Both the position numbers and the translations under genes were made by a program. DNA of 64,000 nucleotides from Leptogorgia sarmentosa (Eukaryota): contig OZ210885.1 in the NCBI GenBank assembly GCA_964658305.1, forward strand, positions 19,778,001 to 19,842,000, in the 5' to 3' direction. This document shows positions 63,445 to 64,000 of this stretch, piece after piece (position 1 is the stretch's first letter; each line of letters begins with the position of its first letter). The notes under the pieces were generated by a model. It saw only the letters and a list, made by a program, of their open reading frames with translations, made no database searches and was not told the DNA's origin.

Positions 63445-63830
63445 TACACGTGCAATTAAAAATATTCAACAATGTTGTTCATGCTTGTTTAAACAGCGTC
63501 GAACAAGTTGTGCATGCATTAACATTGTCCATGGTTGACAGAACAGTGCTTTTTTATCTTGTTGAGAGAACAATCTTGAACAATATTGTTTCAACAGCAA
63601 TAAACATGGTTGTTTCAACATTCCAGTTTTTACCTGTTCCAACATTCCAGTTTTTACCTGTTCCAACAACCTTGAACAACAATTGTTGGTTTGTCAATAT
63701 TGAACAATGTTGTTCAAACAGCAGCAAATACTACTGATGATTCAACAATGCTGTTCATTGTTGATAGCCGGGTTGTTGCAATATTGTTCAGCCAACAATG
63801 TTGCAACAAGTTGTTCAATTTTTTGGCGTG
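63445..63830. repeat. Subterminal AACAA(T/C)NTTGTT repeat array of the CACTA-like element
   Basis: Many short direct and inverted AACAA..TTGTT units; same motifs at 20755-20875, 51665-51715 and 61365-61440. Confidence 0.75.
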
Positions 63831-64000
63831 TAATGTGCAACTGGACGAAATTTTAAACTGGACCGCATTTTCGCACTAGAATAATAGATGAGAACAAATG
63901 TCATAAACTGCATTTTTTATGTTAGTTGCGTGATCGCTTTGACTACCCCTGGATCTGCCCCTGAAGCGACAAACAAATTCAAGGGCTTTTAAGGACCTAG

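Larger units (their letters stand above)
51655..63830 (-). mobile_element. CACTA/EnSpm-superfamily (Plavaka-like) element, copy B, both ends present
   Basis: TA|CATGCGTAAAAATAAACAACTT ... AACAAGTTGTTCAATTTTTTGGCGTG|TA; subterminal AACAA/TTGTT repeat arrays; spliced transposase inside. Confidence 0.78.
50490..63963. mobile_element. Non-autonomous hAT-type element expanded by nested insertions
   Basis: CAGGGGCGGATCCAGG ... CCTGGATCTGCCCCTG; flanks AAGAGACA (50482-50489) / AAGCGACA (63964-63971) match 7 of 8 as a TSD. Confidence 0.7.

Noticed and set aside
63445..63830. CRISPR or satellite array
   Set aside because: Degenerate mixed-orientation motifs shared with the element's other end; typical CACTA subterminal repeats
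43713..63963. Pairing the CAGGGGCGAATCTAGGGG terminus at 43713 with the 63963 terminus
   Set aside because: Flank TTTCTATC does not match AAGCGACA, whereas the 50490 terminus flank matches 7 of 8

Overview
AT-rich eukaryotic (metazoan) DNA with GT-AG introns. The transposon repertoire suggests a cnidarian or similar marine invertebrate (inference only). No host gene is recognisable: the window is almost entirely nested transposable elements. The main item is a full-length ~12.07-kb Helentron (Helitron2) at ~3834-15901 with both termini, inserted in a LINE 3' end. Its minus-strand polyprotein reads N-terminal repeats - 2A/StopGo-like peptide (GDIELNPG/P) - OTU protease - Zn finger/DUF6570-like - HUH Rep - Pif1 helicase - AP endonuclease, and it also carries a divergent RPA70-like OB-fold gene. 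Other contents: an intact hAT (perfect TIR and TSD, 825 aa); decayed hAT, Kolobok, Sola3, Harbinger, ISL2EU, MULE-like, Gypsy, BEL, Penelope (with a degenerate hammerhead ribozyme) and Polinton pieces; two copies of an intron-rich CACTA/EnSpm (Plavaka-like) element; and a four-level nest (hAT > CACTA > Harbinger > ISL2EU) at 50.5-64 kb. All family calls rest on visual motif, TIR and TSD recognition; no searches were run.
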